From a virus, in IMG/VR virus record IMGVR_UViG_3300009347_000008: DNA of 64,000 bases, one strand, 5' to 3'. This document shows positions 63,950-64,000 of this stretch, piece by piece. Every line of letters begins with the position of its first letter. Within the stretch, counting starts at the first letter, position 1. A program made the translations under genes and the position numbers. Below the pieces are notes generated by a model. That model was not told where the DNA came from and made no database searches. It saw only the letters and a list, made by a program, of their open reading frames with translations.

Positions 63950-63976
63950 ATATATCGCCAAGATATTTTTATTTAA
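63950..63976 (-). promoter_or_regulatory. Possible sixth, weaker copy of the promoter-like box (AATATATCGCCAAGATATTTTTATTTA)
   Basis: Shares ATATATCGC...TTTTTATTT with the other copies; the window ends before any following hairpin. Confidence 0.3.
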
Positions 63977-64000
63977 CCTTGATGGAAAAAGAAAAAAAAA

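Noticed and set aside
1-64000. CRISPR arrays, transposases/IS elements, integrase or att sites
   Set aside because: No regularly spaced direct repeats and no integrase- or transposase-like ORFs were seen. The tRNA-like 3' half at 47933-47986 first looked like an att-type tRNA fragment, but its 5' half was found 453 nt upstream across a group I intron.
1-64000. Eukaryotic giant virus (NCLDV) origin, suggested by the 2OG oxygenase, tRNAs, introns and the RuvC-like resolvase
   Set aside because: Shine-Dalgarno sites, coupled overlapping genes, rho-independent terminators, a spanin pair with a lipobox, and an nrdHIEF operon all indicate a bacteriophage of a Gram-negative host.

Overview
The window looks like a 64-kb, AT-rich (roughly 38-40% GC) segment of a large tailed dsDNA bacteriophage. 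Genes are tightly packed and mostly on the minus strand. AAGGAG/AAGGTG-type ribosome-binding sites and many rho-independent terminator hairpins are visible. An adjacent i-spanin/o-spanin gene pair implies a Gram-negative (diderm) host. Left part (1-24.9 kb): a virion/structural-like module and a lysis/recombination module. The structural module has a family of four paralogous genes with acidic N-termini, three ~900-1050-aa proteins and a 374-aa capsid-size protein. The lysis/recombination module carries a RuvC resolvase, the i-/o-spanin pair, a membrane protein and an HExxH membrane metalloprotease. Middle (25-38.4 kb): a family-B DNA polymerase gene whose N-terminal/3'-5' exonuclease exon is separated from a short motif-A exon by a ~1.7-kb group I intron that encodes an HNH endonuclease. 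The polymerase reading frame then breaks. This is followed by a nucleotide-metabolism block: dCTP deaminase, a 2OG-Fe(II) oxygenase, two Ig-like proteins, DHFR, a DEDDh exonuclease and a class Ib RNR operon (nrdH-nrdI-nrdE-nrdF). Right part (38.5-64 kb): many small accessory ORFs plus a GIY-YIG endonuclease, a Thg1-like 3'-5' nucleotidyltransferase, a dNMP kinase, an SPFH lipoprotein with a small membrane partner, a macro-domain protein, ACP, a thioredoxin-fold protein, a glycosyltransferase, a tail-fibre-like protein and a dual-specificity phosphatase. It also holds a cluster of five minus-strand tRNA genes: Leu(UAA), Met/Ile(CAU), a His(GUG)-like gene, Arg(UCU) and Ser(UGA). An HNH endonuclease and a Cys-rich lipoprotein are embedded in this tRNA cluster. 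The tRNA-Leu(UAA) gene is interrupted between U34 and A35 by a 453-nt ORF-less group I intron. Two repeated regulatory elements recur across the window: a palindromic terminator hairpin with a conserved CCCGAAGG core (at least 15 copies) and a promoter-like box, TATATATCGCTGAAATGTTTTT, which read in the minus (transcription) orientation lies immediately downstream of these hairpins (at least 5-6 copies). Several short genes are strikingly GC-rich against the AT-rich background. All functional calls rest on motif-level reading of the translated ORFs; no database search was possible.
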